64,000 nucleotides of DNA, from contig NC_058370.1 of the NCBI RefSeq assembly GCF_018350175.1, positions 51,150,001 to 51,214,000 on the forward strand, given 5' to 3'. This DNA comes from Felis catus (lineage: Eukaryota). This document shows positions 47,840-61,953 of this stretch, piece after piece (within the stretch, counting starts at the first letter, position 1; every line of letters starts with the position of its first letter). The notes under the pieces are model-generated. The model had not been told where the DNA came from. It made no database searches and saw only the letters and a list, made by a program, of their open reading frames with translations. The translations under genes were made by a program, and so were the position numbers.

Positions 47840-48053
47840 GGGCGCCTGGGTGGCTCAGTCAGCTGAGTGTCTGACTTCGGCTCAGGTCATGATCTCATGG
47901 TTTGTGGGTTTGAGCCCCACGTCGGGCTCTGTGCTGACAGCTCAGAGCCTGGAGCCTGCTTCGGATTCTGTGTCTCCCTCTCTCTCTGTCCCTCTCGACT
48001 AGTGCTCTGTCTCTGTCTCTCAAAAATTAAATAAATGTAAAAAAAAAAAAAAA
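47840..48053 (+). mobile_element. CanSINE, antisense to SH3RF3
   Basis: ggggcgcctgggtggctcagtc...; TSD agaagtttcagg(g/a)gt(a/g)aa at 47822-47839 and 48054-48071. Confidence 0.94.
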
Positions 48054-50180
48054 AGAAGTTTCAGGAGTGAAACCATGGCCCTTCTTGGGACATCCCAGCA
48101 GGTTAAAAAGATAAAAGGAACTGACCAGGGCCCAGTTGTCAGCCAGCATGACAGCTCTTGTGGTCCATATGGTGGTGTCCTGCCTCATGAGCAAAGAAAA
48201 GGTCTGATCAACAAACACTCTGTTGCAAGACACAGGACAGAAAGCCCTGGAGCCACAGGCTGTGCCACAGTAGGGTGTGTTGTGAGGGGAAGATAAAGCC
48301 ACTGGTCTGCTTAGCATGTTTGCATGGAAATCCAGCCTTAGCTGTGGTTTGGAAAGAGGTGCATGAATGTGATGGATAATTTTCCTGTCTCAGTTTTCCA
48401 GGATTAAGTATGACTGATCACTTTCTTAATTTGACTTTGGCAAATACTTATGTCATGACTGGAATACCCTCTCCTTTGCTGTCCATGATAGAATTCTGCT
48501 AATGCCTTCAGGATCCAGTTACTAAACGTTGCTGTGAAATTTGGTGAACTATCATGCACACAGAATTCATGGAATATGGATGTAGATATTCCAAGCCCTT
48601 CCCCTGGTGGCTGCCCTATTCTGGGTGATGTATGTTAGAATCAGCTAATGGGCACTTTGAAGGTGGTGGGAAAAGGCTCACCAATCAATATAGGGGCAAC
48701 ACCATTGGACAATAAGAGGTTTTAGAGGATACAATTTTGGGTTAATGTGGGCTAAAAGTTTATCAAAGAACGATGGGTTTGTTGGGGTTTCTCCAGGGAC
48801 CAGGACTAAATTAGGGACTTTTATGAGCCCAGTGAGATGCAGAGAATGGTATCCCCTTTATATTTTTGGAGCTCATTTTAGGTATGTTTTAGAGGAGTCA
48901 CTGCTTTCCTACACAACTTTCTGTCAGCATTCTGCTGTCTCCATCTGTGGCCTAAGTTCCCCTCTCCTGAGGAGGGTCACTTTCCATCCCTAGGTTGCTC
49001 TGAATGGCCATGGTGCAGCCATTTCAGCCTTGTGGGGGTCCTCCAGTCTGAACTGTGGGAACAAAATGCCTGCCTCCCTCTCATCTTCTGTCTTCTCCCC
49101 AAATGAGTGATAAGCTACTTACTGCTTGTCCTCTGTGAGGCCGTTCACAGCTCCCCATGCAGACAACCTGCCCTTGCTGCCTGCCTCCTCTTCCTCTGTC
49201 AATGGAACAGGATAGGAGCACAGGGGCAGCCCAGGCTGGTGCATGAATACCTAGCTCTGAGTCCTGATTCCACCGACACCAAGTTGTTAAGATGACAAAT
49301 GGAAGAGTGCTTTTTAAACTATGAATGCATGTTACAAATACTTGATTGTGTGGCTGTTTTTATGACGTGTTTATATGATGTGCTATTTTTAGGTTTTTGC
49401 AAAACACCTACAACCTAGTTAGCTCACAGTACATTTTTGTTAAAGGAATAAAATCCATTTCACTTCCACCTGAGGCAGTTGTGTCACTGTTAACCCTCAG
49501 ATTGCCTTGAGAGATCTCCACAGGCCAACACAGGGTCTCTTGGCTCTCCAACTTTAGGCACAAAGAACCAACCAGAGAGTTGGATAGAATGTAAATGTTA
49601 GCCCCACTCTCAAAGATTCTAATTCAGCAGGTCTGATATGGGGGCAAAAAAAGTGATTCTGATCCAGAACCCAGGAAGGGATCAATTATAAGCCAACGGT
49701 CATGTGTCAACCTGTTAATGATTTCAGAAGACTACAGATAGTGCTGTAAAAACCCAGATAAGGGACCAGCTGCATGGGAAGGTGACAAAACAAGGAAATA
49801 GGTTCACTGAGCACCTACTAAATTCCCAGTCCAGGGGACTTGCATGGGTTTTAAAGCTGTGTTTTGGAATATTGGTGTGGATTTATGTGCTGATTCTGAT
49901 CTGAGGGTCTGAGCTGTCCACCAGCTCCCAGGTGGGGTCGGCCTCCCCAGTTGTACTTTGAGTGGCAAGGGCTAGTGAATGAGTAGAGGTTCAGCAAGCA
50001 AGGCAGGTCACATCAGGCAGAGGCTCAAGCCAAGGACTGCAGGCACCAGATGAGGCTATTACAGAAGTGCTGGCTCTCAAGATACACAAGTACTTTTGAA
50101 AAGCCTCCCTCAGCATATAAACAGAGCACAGTCATGTTAGAGAAGAGCTTATGAGTTACATTAAAAAATGTATGTGTGAT

Positions 50181-50388
50181 GCAGTGCCTGGGTGGCTCAG
50201 TCAGTTAAGCATCCAACTTTGGCTCAGGTCATGATCTCATGGTTGGTGAGTTCGAGCCCTGCATTGGGCTCTATGCTGACAGCCAGGAGCCTGGAGCCTG
50301 CTTCAGATTCTGTGTCTCCTTCTCTCTCTTTCCCTCCCCTGCTCATGTTCTGTCTCTGTCTCTCTCTCAAAAATAAACATTAAAAAAA
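50181..50388 (+). mobile_element. CanSINE
   Basis: gtgcctgggtggctcagtcagttaagcatcc... with A-rich tail. Confidence 0.92.
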
Positions 50389-53300
50389 ATTGTGTGTACA
50401 CACACACACATATATATATACACACACACACTAAAATAAAGTCATATCTTACTTTAAAAGAACCATTTGGTAACCTAATATTAAAAAAAGAGACATATTT
50501 GAAGGTGTTCCTTCATTATAGGAAAACTATAAAACATTTTACATAATAGAATAATAGTTTTTCTGTTATGATAAAAATAGGGGTCTCCCTAGGGGCCTTA
50601 ATTGTTTTATAGAACATCAATGTAAAAACTTGGCAAAAGGAAAAAGAAATCTAAAGCTTAAATTAAGAACTGCTGGGAGTTAAGAGTCAACCAAAATTAT
50701 GGAAAATTCTCTGTGAAATTATAAGAAGCCAAGGGCTTTTATAAATTTGATTTATAAATGTGATGTTAAAATTTTCAGAGATACAATTCATTTCATTAGA
50801 ATGAAGTAAATATGTAAACGTGACCTATTGTGCCACATTTTTTTTTAATCAGGTTGTCTCCTTTGTTAATGTATGCTAAAGAAGGTGGCCACAGTTCCTC
50901 TCAAACAGACTTACCTTCTTAACTCTTTTTTGCTTAGGGCAACATTTACAATCACTGGTCGGGCACACACAGAACACTGGACTACATACGGTGGGTAGCA
51001 CATAGACTCAGAATTGATTGCTTAGCTCTGATAATCTGGAAAAACCTCAGCCTGAAAAATCCCCAAATGTTTGTGCCCGTGGATGAGTATATGCTCTGTT
51101 CAAAGTCAAAGGGGCAGTTGAGAACTCTTTACCTTTGAGAACAAAAGATCAAACATAATCACACATTTTCACTCTGCATTTGCATGAACTGAGATCCAGG
51201 CAACAATGGTCATAGGTCATGGGTCATGTTCAGATCTTGTGTCAACACTCAGTGATCTGGGAGCATCTGAAGACTCTCTGAGAAAAGCATAGAGATATTC
51301 CTCCAGACTGTTAATATCAGTTATTAACAGGGATGATCAGGCATAGGAAGGAGGATCTGGGCTTTTGTGAGACACTTTCATATTTGAGTCATTAAGTCAA
51401 ATGTGTATTTCTTTTTAGTTTAAGAGGGGGAACATAATAAAGGCAAAAACTGCAACCTATTGCTTTGAACATAATAGTTCACATCTAGTGATGTGATGAA
51501 CCAGAGAGAATTTTTGTTATTAGCTTATGGAGAAGATTGTCCTATAAGACGGAACAGTAGGGGTGGCCTCGAGGCTTGGGCAGATTGGATATAATGATGG
51601 GGGTGGACTGATGGGTGATTTGGTCTGGCTGAGGGATCAGAAGGTGTGAGGCAGATCTCGCCAAAAGGAGGGGTGAGGTGTGCCTGTGAGATGAGAAAGG
51701 AAGCGGGACAGCACATTTTGGTGGCTGAGAGGGCCAGCTGAGGGGTCTAAAGTCAGCTTGGCAGACACTGGGAGCTGCACGAAGCAGGGGAGTGAGTGAC
51801 TCTGGATTGGCAAGGTAAACAGTTTGCGGTCATGGGTAAGGGGACTGAGTGGGGACCGTGGGGCAACAGACAGTGATGGTGACAGTCACAGGGCATTTAA
51901 AGGGAAGGTGATGCCAACTCCTACCAGCTGGAGACAGGAGGTGGGGGATATGTGCCCTGCAGCAGTGAACCTGCTCTGTGTGAGCATGTCCCTGGCAAAC
52001 TCTGGCTCACACAACAGATAAAGAAAGCAAAATGAGTTTAGGAAGATGGTCAAATAATTCTCAGATGCTACATCAACCTATGGGCAGTCAGGAAAATCAT
52101 GTGGCCTCTGGGAAGGCCAGAGCTCAGAGAAGTGGGGGTGTCAATCCTCACAGCTGTTACAATGACCTGAAGCTGTCTGTACATTTAGGAAGGAGCTGGT
52201 GAGACTAAAGCATGGTCAGAGGCCTGATGCGCATGGATTTGTCATGACAAATAGTGCGGGGCCTTCAAGGAGCCTCTAGATAGTCAAACAAGGAACACGG
52301 TGCATCCTTATCTTAATATATTGAGATGGGCTCCTAGGTAGCAAGTTATACTCAGAAGTCTTTTGATTAGAATTTTATGTTTGGAAAGTTTCCTATTGGA
52401 GATGGGGAAAGGGTAGTTAAAAGCTATGCCCTGTTAAAATTTTGATGGGGAAAAGCACATCTCAGGTTATGCCTGAACACACAGTTACTGTAAGAGCAGA
52501 GAAGGGTTTTTAACAATGTAAATATGCAATGTGTCTTCATAAAGGGAAGAGGAATTAAAGATCTATCATAAATAAAGTGGAAGAAGTTAACAAGCTAATT
52601 AAAAGAGACATAAAAATTGTGTATTTAGCTATCGGCTATTTTAAACATTAAAACACATCTTCAAAAATGCTGCCCTCACAAAAGACCAAAGATGAAAATT
52701 GATTCACGAAAATAACGAAGAAGGGAAACAGCAGATAACAGCATGCCAACCTAATTGTGCTTTCTCCAGCTTTTGTTTTTGATGGGAGGGATGCCTGCTG
52801 CAGCATGCTGCTTCTCTTGCCCTTCCTGAGGATTGAAACCATTAAGTGAAGCCTTAGTTCAGTGCTCTGCATGTGGCACTATGCTAGGCACTCTGAAAAG
52901 GGAGCTGAATGGACAGAAGAAAAAGCAGGGGTTGGATTTGTGTCCTTCGAAGCAGAGCCACAGGCATTGTGATCACAGCAATTTGTCAGACTCAGAAACA
53001 GAAGAAGAATACTCAAGAGCTGGGCCTGGCAAGTGGTTTTAGGTGACCAGCCAAGTTCAATGCAGCAGGAAAGAAAGAGTTCCTGAAGTGGAGGATACTG
53101 TCTCCCTGAGGAACTTCAAGCAGATATTCAGCCACATCATGACAGCCTTGGAGACAGATAGAGCTGGGTGTCACTGTCATTTATCAGTTGACTGATCTTG
53201 AACAAGTCACTTAACTGCTCATATGCAAAATGGACAACATAATTACATATATAACTAATTACACTGCAAATTCTTTCTCGAGAACTCACTATGAACCAGG

Positions 53301-55239
53301 CACTGTTCTAAGTCTTGGACATAATTAGCTCTTAGGTTCTTAAAACAGCTCAATAGAAAAACATAGTCTCTGAGATTCTAAACCACAGATGCAGGGTAAT
53401 CAACCAGAAAGTTGCACAATCTGGATTTGAACCCAGGACTCGATTCCAAATTTTAATGCCAGCTGTAACTGCTTTGCCCTGAGAACTAATCCCAATATGG
53501 CACCAATAAGTGGGAGGCACCCTGCAATACACTGTTGAGGTTTTTGTGTGTTTAAGTCACTTCACAGAAGGGCACTGAAGTACACACATAGAGCGATGAT
53601 TACAGAACTCTAATGAGGGCTGCATCATGATGAAATACAGGGTTGCCAGTTACCCACCACCCTTGTGACACAGGCAACGCTTTGCTCTCCTGGGCTGCTT
53701 CTTCAGGATGGGATATTGACAATACCCTCAGCACTGATAGGAGGACTGAATGAGGACAGCAGGTAAAGCACCTAGCAGAGCGCCCTGCACATAGTAGGCT
53801 TTCAACAAGGAATGGCTGTTATGAATCTCAGCTATGGTGGTGGTATATGCCAGCACTGTTCATGCATTCATCTGGCCCTCAGCCAGCATTCATTTCCTGG
53901 TAGCATGGGCTGAGGTCAGAGGAATGACGACAGCACATCCGGTTATGCACCCACAAAGGAAGATCAAATAGGACTGAAGTGCCAGCTACATGTCTCAGAT
54001 CCTCCGGAAGCCTCTTGTGCAACGATAGGCTGAGAATACCCTCTCAGTCCCTGAAACAGCGCACCCAGGCTCCAAACATGAAGGAACCCCCTGGTCTCTG
54101 GTCTAGGGCAGGAATGCTGCAAGCAACAAAACCACACTAACCATGTTGTTTTTCCTTGTTTTTTTCACACTCAGCTCACTTGGTGCAAAGCACAAGGTAC
54201 CCTTTCCAGCTCCCAGCAGAGTAAATAAATACAGTGACAATAAGGTGGGGACTAGAGCTATGAACCCACCTCGGTTGGGCCCCTTGTTACCCTGAACCTG
54301 ACCTGTCCAGGGCACTGACATTCCTCATCTCCCATTGAGAAAGGCCCTCTCTTGGGCTCCTCCACCCTGTATTATGGCTTCTTTTCCTGCCTTTCTGCAC
54401 AGCTGCTGGATTCTTCCCACCAGCACCACGCCTTCCCCCCCACACCCCCCTACCCTGCCCCTCTCCTCAGGTGCAAACGCTCCTAGACTCGGTTTCTTGC
54501 TTCACTCCTTAATGTTCTCTTGCTGGAAGCTTTGACACAGGATTGGCTCTTGAATTCTCTCTTCTGCGGTGAAAGTATCTCTAGTGCCAAAGTCTCAAGT
54601 GAGCTCTAGGTCTTTTATCTGCAACTTCATCTAGACATTCTTTTAAGACTGAAATCACATGAATAAAACCATCAAAAGATGCCTGAAGTTCTGAGCTGGA
54701 GAACTGGGGAGCCTCCCTCTGCCCAGCCCTGATTAGAGAGAGCCAGAGGTGATCATGTCCCCCATGCCTGTGCCCAGTTGAGTGGCCAAGTGACCCGAGG
54801 GGACTGAGGGGCAAAGATGGAGGGAGTGAGTCTGAGAGAGGTGCTGGGAGCTTGTGCTCTCAGCACAGTGTACAAGCTGGTACCCTGGCACTGTGCCATT
54901 TGTCCCTGTCCTCCTCTACAGAGGGCAGCAGCCTGAGGGCACCCCAGCTACTCAGGACTGTCATGTCCACACTTGGATGGGGGCTGTTTTTCCAAACTTG
55001 CAAATGAAGGCAGCCTGTGCTCATCCTCCCCCAACCTCTTCATTCATCACTCGTTCATGTGGCAGGTCCTGCCCCTTTTCACAGGTCTGACTCTCACTCT
55101 CTTATCTCCTTCTCATCAGATTGGCAATGACACCAGCATCCCCACAACTTGTTTTATTGAGCAGGACAGAAAGCCAAGCAAATGAACAAGGAGAGCACTG
55201 ACCATATGCCTGGTGTTTTGTATACTATTTCAATTTTAA

Positions 55240-57282
55240 TGTACCTTAGTTGGCTCAAGCTTCCATAAAAAATACCAAAGACTGGGTGGTTTAAACAGCA
55301 GAAACTTATTTTCTCATAGTCTAGATGCTGGAAGCCCATGATCGGGGTGCCAACATGGGCAGGTTCTTGGTGAGGGTTCTTATCCTGGCTGTGGATGGCA
55401 CCTTCTTGCTGATTCCTTATGTGGCCTTTCCTCACTGCAGGTGCAATGCCTCTTCTTATAAGGCCACTAATCCCATCATGGGGTCTCACCCTCATGACCT
55501 CATCTAATAATTACCTCCCCAAGGTCTCATCTCCAAATGCCACTGCACTGGGGGTTCATCATATGAATTTGGGTGGCAGCGGACACAGGTGTTCAGTTCA
55601 TAACATTCTGCTCTTACCGCCCCCCCCAAATTCACATCCTTCTCATGTACAAAGTTCATTCATTCCATCCCAATGACCCCAAAGTCTTAATTAATTCAGG
55701 CTTCCACTCCAAAGTCTAAAGTCCAAAGTTTTATCTCAATAATCATCAAAATCAGACACAAGTGAGAGTGGAGCTGTGGTTCTTCTCTGACTGGGAGCCT
55801 GTGAAGCCAGACACACCATGGGCCTCCAAAGCACAGTGGTGGCACAGCCCTAAAGTAGACATTCCCATTCCAAATGGGAGTAATGGGGAGAAGGGGCAAT
55901 AGGTCCCAAGCAAGTCCAAAACTTAGTAAGACAAACCCCACTGGATCCTGAAGTTTGAGAATAATCCTGTTTGGTTAGTGCCTCTCTGGTAGACCTACCT
56001 CCAAGGCTTCAGTCAGAAGCTACCTGCATGTTGGAACTGAGGTGGTGGCCCCAAAGATCTCTGAATCACCTTAGGGGTTCTTCCTCCCTTTCCTCAAAGA
56101 ATAGCACATATTTGCAGCCTGAGAGCTCCATGGTCCGGGCTTGTAGGATCTAAGAAGTCCTAGAGCCACCCTTCATTCCATCCTGCTTGCTCTGTCCCCA
56201 TTTGTTCAAAGTGGCAGTGTCCTTGCTGATAGTCCCATCTCCACTCCTGGCCTCTGTGGAGACTGCTGGTCACTTCCCTGAGTCACAGGCATCATCTCTT
56301 CATCAAATTATTGTTCAGCCTCACCCTTGCATTCTCCTCAGAACATGCTCTCTCATGTTTCTGCAATATGGATAGACTAAGAATTTTCCAAATATCCAAG
56401 TTCTGGTTCTTTTTTGGTTAACAATTCCTTCTTCAGTTTATTCTTTCCTCTTACATTTTGCTGTAAGCAGTCAGGAACCAGGCCTTCAAAACTTTGCTTA
56501 ATCTCCTCCACTAACTATTCAACAATATCATGGCTTGAAAGTCCTATCTTCTATAGAACATGAGAACACAGTTCAGCTAAATTCTTTGCCACTTTAAAAC
56601 AAGAAATGGACTCCTTCCAGTTTCCAATAACATGTTCCTCATTTCCATATGAGACCCAAAATGCACTTCCTTAACATTCATATTTCCATCAGCGTTCTGT
56701 TCATGATTATTTACGAACTAAGAAAATAGAAGCTCGTTCTCTCCTGCTTTCCTCTCTTCTTTCTGAACCCTTACCAGAACTGCCTGTAATGTCCATTAAG
56801 CAGGTACCTCAAAACTCTCCCAGGCTCAGCCCACTGCCTGGTTCCACTGCTGCACCCACATTTTTAGGTATTTGTAAGAGCACCATCCCACTTCCTGGTA
56901 CCAAAATCTGTGTGGGTTTGCTCAGGTTGTCCATAACAAAATACCATACACAGGGTGACTTAAGTAACACAAACTTATTTTCTCATAGTCTGAAAGCTGA
57001 AGGCCCAAGGTCAGACTACCAGCATGGTGAGGACTCCCTTCCAGGCTTGTAGACAGCGCCTCCTCTCGTGTGCTCATGTGGCTTTTCCACAGGCTCTTTC
57101 TCCATGTGGAGAGAGAGATCTCTCTCTCTTCCTCTTCTTCTAGGGCCACTGACCCCATCATGAGGGTCCCACCTTCAAGACCTCATCTAATCCCAATTAC
57201 CCACCAAGAGCTCCATCTCACACTGAGGGATAGTGCTTTAACTTATGAATTTTAGGGGGACATAAACATTCAATCTAAAACA
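55240..57282 (-). mobile_element. MaLR provirus (MLT1A-like LTR - internal region - LTR)
   Basis: Two homologous LTRs at ~55240-55605 and 56909-57282 flank a ~1.3 kb internal region. On minus it starts GATTTTGGTACCAGGAAGTGGG and ends in a purine tract (ggggggggcggtaagagcagaa). Confidence 0.85.
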
Positions 57283-58963
57283 GTCCTCTACACAGTAGCT
57301 GTGTAAGGGTCATAGTCACCTCATTTACAGATGAGGAAATTCAAGTTCAGAGAGATGAAGTGGGTGGGATTAGGCTTTGGATCCAGGTTTCCATGTTGAA
57401 TCCCAGGCCTTCTCTACCTGTCATACCACCTGCCATTCCCATTGCACTTGGTGAATGAGTAAACGGAGGGAGGGTTTATTGTTCCTTCATTCCTGATATC
57501 ACCATGGCCTCTGTCCTGGGCCTTCCCATCCCTGATCTGCCCCAGCCACCAGGGCCTGGCTAAAGTTCTGGAGTATTACTCAGTGTCCGATGATAACCAG
57601 TCTTTACATACTGCCCCTGAACACACCTCCAGGGATGAACTGGCCTGAACAACCCCACAGGTCCTGCAGCTCCATGAACCAGCCTCCACACAGTGAAACT
57701 ATCTGAGTAACAGATATTGGGTGCCATCCCTAGATCTAATACAGCAGATCTGGGTGGGTCAGCTGAGTCACATCACAGGGACAGAGCACTGGCATCCCCA
57801 GTTCCTCTCCTTGCTATTCTCTTTCTTCTCACCCTACTGCCACCAAAGCCTTCCCCAGGGTCCCAGGCTCAGCTCAGGACAGCACTCCACTGAGGTGCTG
57901 AACAAGGAGGATCAGAGCCTGGTGGGCTATGGCGGCCTCACTTTAACCTTTTTCATTGTGGTCCCATGACACTGTCACTCCACACAGTAGGTGAAGCCGG
58001 GGTCATGGCACCCTGGGCAGGTGCAGTCCACCAATGGTGGGTGCTGAGTGAAAGAGGGATGTGCATGGCTTGGAAAACATGGAGTAGGTTTGTTGGGTGT
58101 GCACTGGGAAATTACGGGTCATAGGGAACTGGGATGCTCATTCTGAAGCTAAGATACCAGACTAAGACTGAACAAAGTAGGGGAAAATAAGCAAGGCAGG
58201 ATGGCAGCAAAGAGCAGGATGCAGACTACCTGGCTTTACTCCAGCTCCTACTACTTACCAACGATAACACCTTGAACAAGCAACCTAAATTTTCTGTGCC
58301 TCAGAAATGGGGTAACAGTAGTACCTACCACAGAGAGTTGTTATAGGGACCAAATGAAACCATATAAGCTAGATGCCTGATACCTGAGAGATGCACATTT
58401 GCCTGTGGTCACCATCACCACCACTGTCAATATGGTTACTACATGGATGTTTGGTACCATGCAGATACTGGACACAATACCTTCTTTCTGCAAGAATAAG
58501 TCTTGGTATGAATGATCCTTAAGTGTCACTCCATAGCTGCTGTTTACTATGTTGGAAAAGAAAATATCACCTCTCAGCCAAAGGAACAGTGCAGGATCTA
58601 GTCTTCTAAAGCAATGGTATTCACAGGTAGCAATGCTGAAGTCACCCTTCCTATAGGTTGTGATGACATGTTTGGCCCAAGCTACAGGGGGTATCAGGTT
58701 CTCAAAGCAGTCCATGCCCGTCTTCCTAATATTAAGAAACTGATGATCTATTTCAACTGAAAAATGAGGAGGCAGGGGAGCATGTGTAGGTGCCCAGCAC
58801 TAACAGGTGGCAGGCTTGGATGGGGCCATAGAGTTTGGTAGGACTCCCAGCACCCCAGGCCACTGCCTCCTCTGCCAGTGACATCACTGGGAGCTGGAAA
58901 GCAATACTCTATGGGATGACATATTCAACAGAATTTATTTTTGCACTTAATTAAAAAGTAGTA

Positions 58964-59159
58964 GGGGAGCATGTGGGTGGCTCAGTCAGTTGAGCATCCA
59001 ACTTCAGCTCAGGTCATGATCTTGTGGTTCATGACTTCAAGCCCCACATTGGGCTTGCTGCTCTCAGCCTGTTAGTGCATAGCCTTCTTTGGATCTTCTG
59101 TCCCTCTCTCTCTACCCCTCCCCTGCTTGTCTTCCATCAAAAACAAACATTAAAAAAAA
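58964..59159 (+). mobile_element. Older CanSINE
   Basis: gggtggctcagtcagttgagcatccaacttcagctcaggtcatgatc... with A tail. Confidence 0.88.
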
Positions 59160-59249
59160 GTAATGAGCTGGAGGTAGCTACAACAGACACGTAATTTTCT
59201 GGCTGAATGCAAGGAAAGAATGAGAGGTCACAGAGCTAGATCTTGGGTG

Positions 59250-59818
59250 ATATAACAGATTGAATTTTGTAAATATGGCCACAACACTGTCTCTCCTCCC
59301 ACCCACCTTCCTTGCAAAGTGACTTCAATACTCCCCTTGATAAAGTGATAGGAGTCATGTCTCATTCCCATGTGTTGGAGACCTTGTGATAGCCTCCACT
59401 GACAGAGCACACTGGAAAGGTCACTTATGATCCAAGACATGAAGATGTCATGCACTCAGTCTCAGAACCCAGCCGCCATGCTGCAAAGAAGCCCAAGCTC
59501 TCCCACATACAGAAACCATGGGAAGGCCACAGCTGGTGTTTGAAGAACAGCCTCACAGAGGTTCCATTCAACTGCCAGCATCAACTGCCAAACATTTGAG
59601 CAAGCAGGCCTGCAGGTGGCTCTGGTCCCAGCCAGTACACCCTTCACAACCTTCATACACTCAGCTGAGGTCCCAGATGTGGGGGAGTAGAGACAGCCTT
59701 ATGGGTGTGACGTGCCGAAGGTCCTGACCCACAGAACATGAGACAAGAATATCAAAGTGTTGTTTTACACCATAGAGTTTTGGGGTGATTTGCTATGTAG
59801 CAAGAGTAACTGGGGCAG
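59250..59818 (+). mobile_element. MLT1G/H-like solo LTR
   Basis: atggccacaac...agaacccagccgccatgctgcaaagaagcccaagc...ttttggggtgatttgctatgtagcaagagtaactgg. Confidence 0.72.
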
Positions 59819-59919
59819 ATTTCACTTTGACCTGTCATGAGATTTCCTAGTCCAGACCACGCCTAAACAATAAAAGTGTTGGCACTGCTATCATTGGGTA
59901 TAAAGATCTCACACATGAA

Positions 59920-59921
<2 letters not shown>

Positions 59922-59969
<48 letters not shown>

Positions 59970-59983
59970 ACACACACACACAC
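59922..59983. repeat. (CA)n microsatellite
   Basis: About 30 units with one interruption. Confidence 0.97.
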
Positions 59984-61549
59984 TGCATTTGTGATAAACA
60001 AGTATGGGATGAAAAGACTAAAACATATCCCAGCAGACTTCTTTGGAAAATGTTATAGAAATATTGGAAACATGTACAATTGAAGGCTAACCAGGCATCC
60101 AAATAATAGATGAGAAGAATTTTGTCAGGAAAGATGCCAAGATCTGAACTTCAATATATTTTTACTGGAAATATCAAGAGCTCTAGATAACCTAATACAG
60201 TCAAACCAAATAGCAGGGTCATAAAAACCAACAAGATGGGGTGTTCAGAAGTTCGGATTTCCAAGCATAACTAAGAATTTGGGTAGAAGGGTTTTACCCA
60301 GAGGATGCATTGTTTTAGACAGCCCACAGAATTCAATTCATGCAAGTGTGAATATATTAAATAGGTGACTTTACAGAAGCCAAGAAAGAGAGAAGAAATA
60401 AAAAATAGATAGAAGGTGAAACTTAACAAGATTGTGAGGGCATAAAAGCATTTAAATTGCTTGCCCAAAATTCTGCCTCCAACCTGGCAGCTCATTTTCC
60501 TCTGTAAAGACACTGCTCAGCTTTCTTAGAGCCCTTGGTGGGCCCTTTTGTCACTGTCAGTGGACAGGATGCTTAGGGGACCTTTTCCCCAAGGGACTCT
60601 CTAAACCTTATAATCACTCAAGTGGTATTTCATTAGCTGGGTGGGGAGTGTGAGGAGGCAGACATGCAGGGACCTTGCAGCAGGGGAGAGATCTCCTTTG
60701 TGCAGGTCTACACTGAAGAGAGGATTCTATGGAGCTATGAGCTAATCACTTCAAATCCCTATCTACTGCTGGGAGATACCTCAAGTAGGGGGTAGCTCTC
60801 TCCTACCCACACATATCTGGTTGGGAGAAGGACTCTCTGATCTATTGCACCCCTTTTAGGGACTTCAGGATTCGGTGACATGCAGCTGACTGCATATGGC
60901 TTGTTGTTTCTTCTTTGGAGAGCAGAGATGACATGGTCTTTGGAGGTGAAGGCTGTGCCTTTGTAGAGATGTGAGGAGAAATTTTCTCTTCTCTGGGTCA
61001 GTTTCTAACAGTCATCATCTGATGTAAGATTTATACAACCAGAGAGTCCTCTGCTCAGGGGGAAGGAAGTGTAAGCTTCAAAAATTTCCAGTGTTCACCA
61101 AGGTTATGGCCATTCAGGGTCAATGTCTCCATAATCACCTGTTGAGGCTCATGAAGAGGCCAAGGGCACTTTAAGAGAGCATCCAAAAGACCAGTATCTC
61201 TTAGTCCTTGACATAGTAGATCCCAGCTTGACAAGAAAGTTCAAATGTTTTGTATATCACATCTCATTGTAAGACCTGTTTGAAGAGTGTAAGATGGTCT
61301 GAGTATGGGTACCTCATCTTGGGGCTGTGGCACAATTAAAGGCTCACATGAACGTGATCTTCACATGCATGTGATATTTGATCTTCACCCAATCCCAAGA
61401 GGCACTGTGCCAGCACCGCTGGTGTCCCTTATGAATGTCACACTGTAGGACGTTAGCAGGTCTGGTGTGGGCAAAGCAAAGGAAACAACAGGCTTCTTGA
61501 CTAGGCTAGGATATTCTTGAGCCTTCACTGTGCTAATAAGTTAAATTTT

Positions 61550-61715
61550 TAAAAATTTAATTTTATCTTGATAATAACACTTAACACTGTACCCTCTTAA
61601 CTTAAAATTTTAAGTATCCAGTACAGAACTGTGTACAACATAATATTGATGACCACAGGTACAAGGTTGTACAGGAGATGTCCAGAATGAATTCATCCTG
61701 CTTAATGGGAATGTT
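61550..61715 (-). mobile_element. Old L1MA/L1MB 3' terminal fragment
   Basis: aacacttaacactgtaccctcttaac...ggttgtacaggagatgtccagaatgaattcatcctgc resembles the recalled L1MA9/L1MB end. Confidence 0.6.
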
Positions 61716-61953
61716 ATCATCAGGCATATGTTTCAGTTAACCATGATGAATAAGTTTTAATAAGCTAAATATTACTGCAGTAATGTTTTTGATAGGCCTA
61801 AGACTCTTGAAAATGAAGAAAGGATTCTGAAGATTTGGAAAGATAATGAGTTGCCAGGACAATATCAACATAACCAAGGGGGCAGAGCCAGGCCTGGGCC
61901 CCAGTAGTCCAACCCTTGATTTGTGGTTCTAGGCACACTGCTAGTTTATATAC

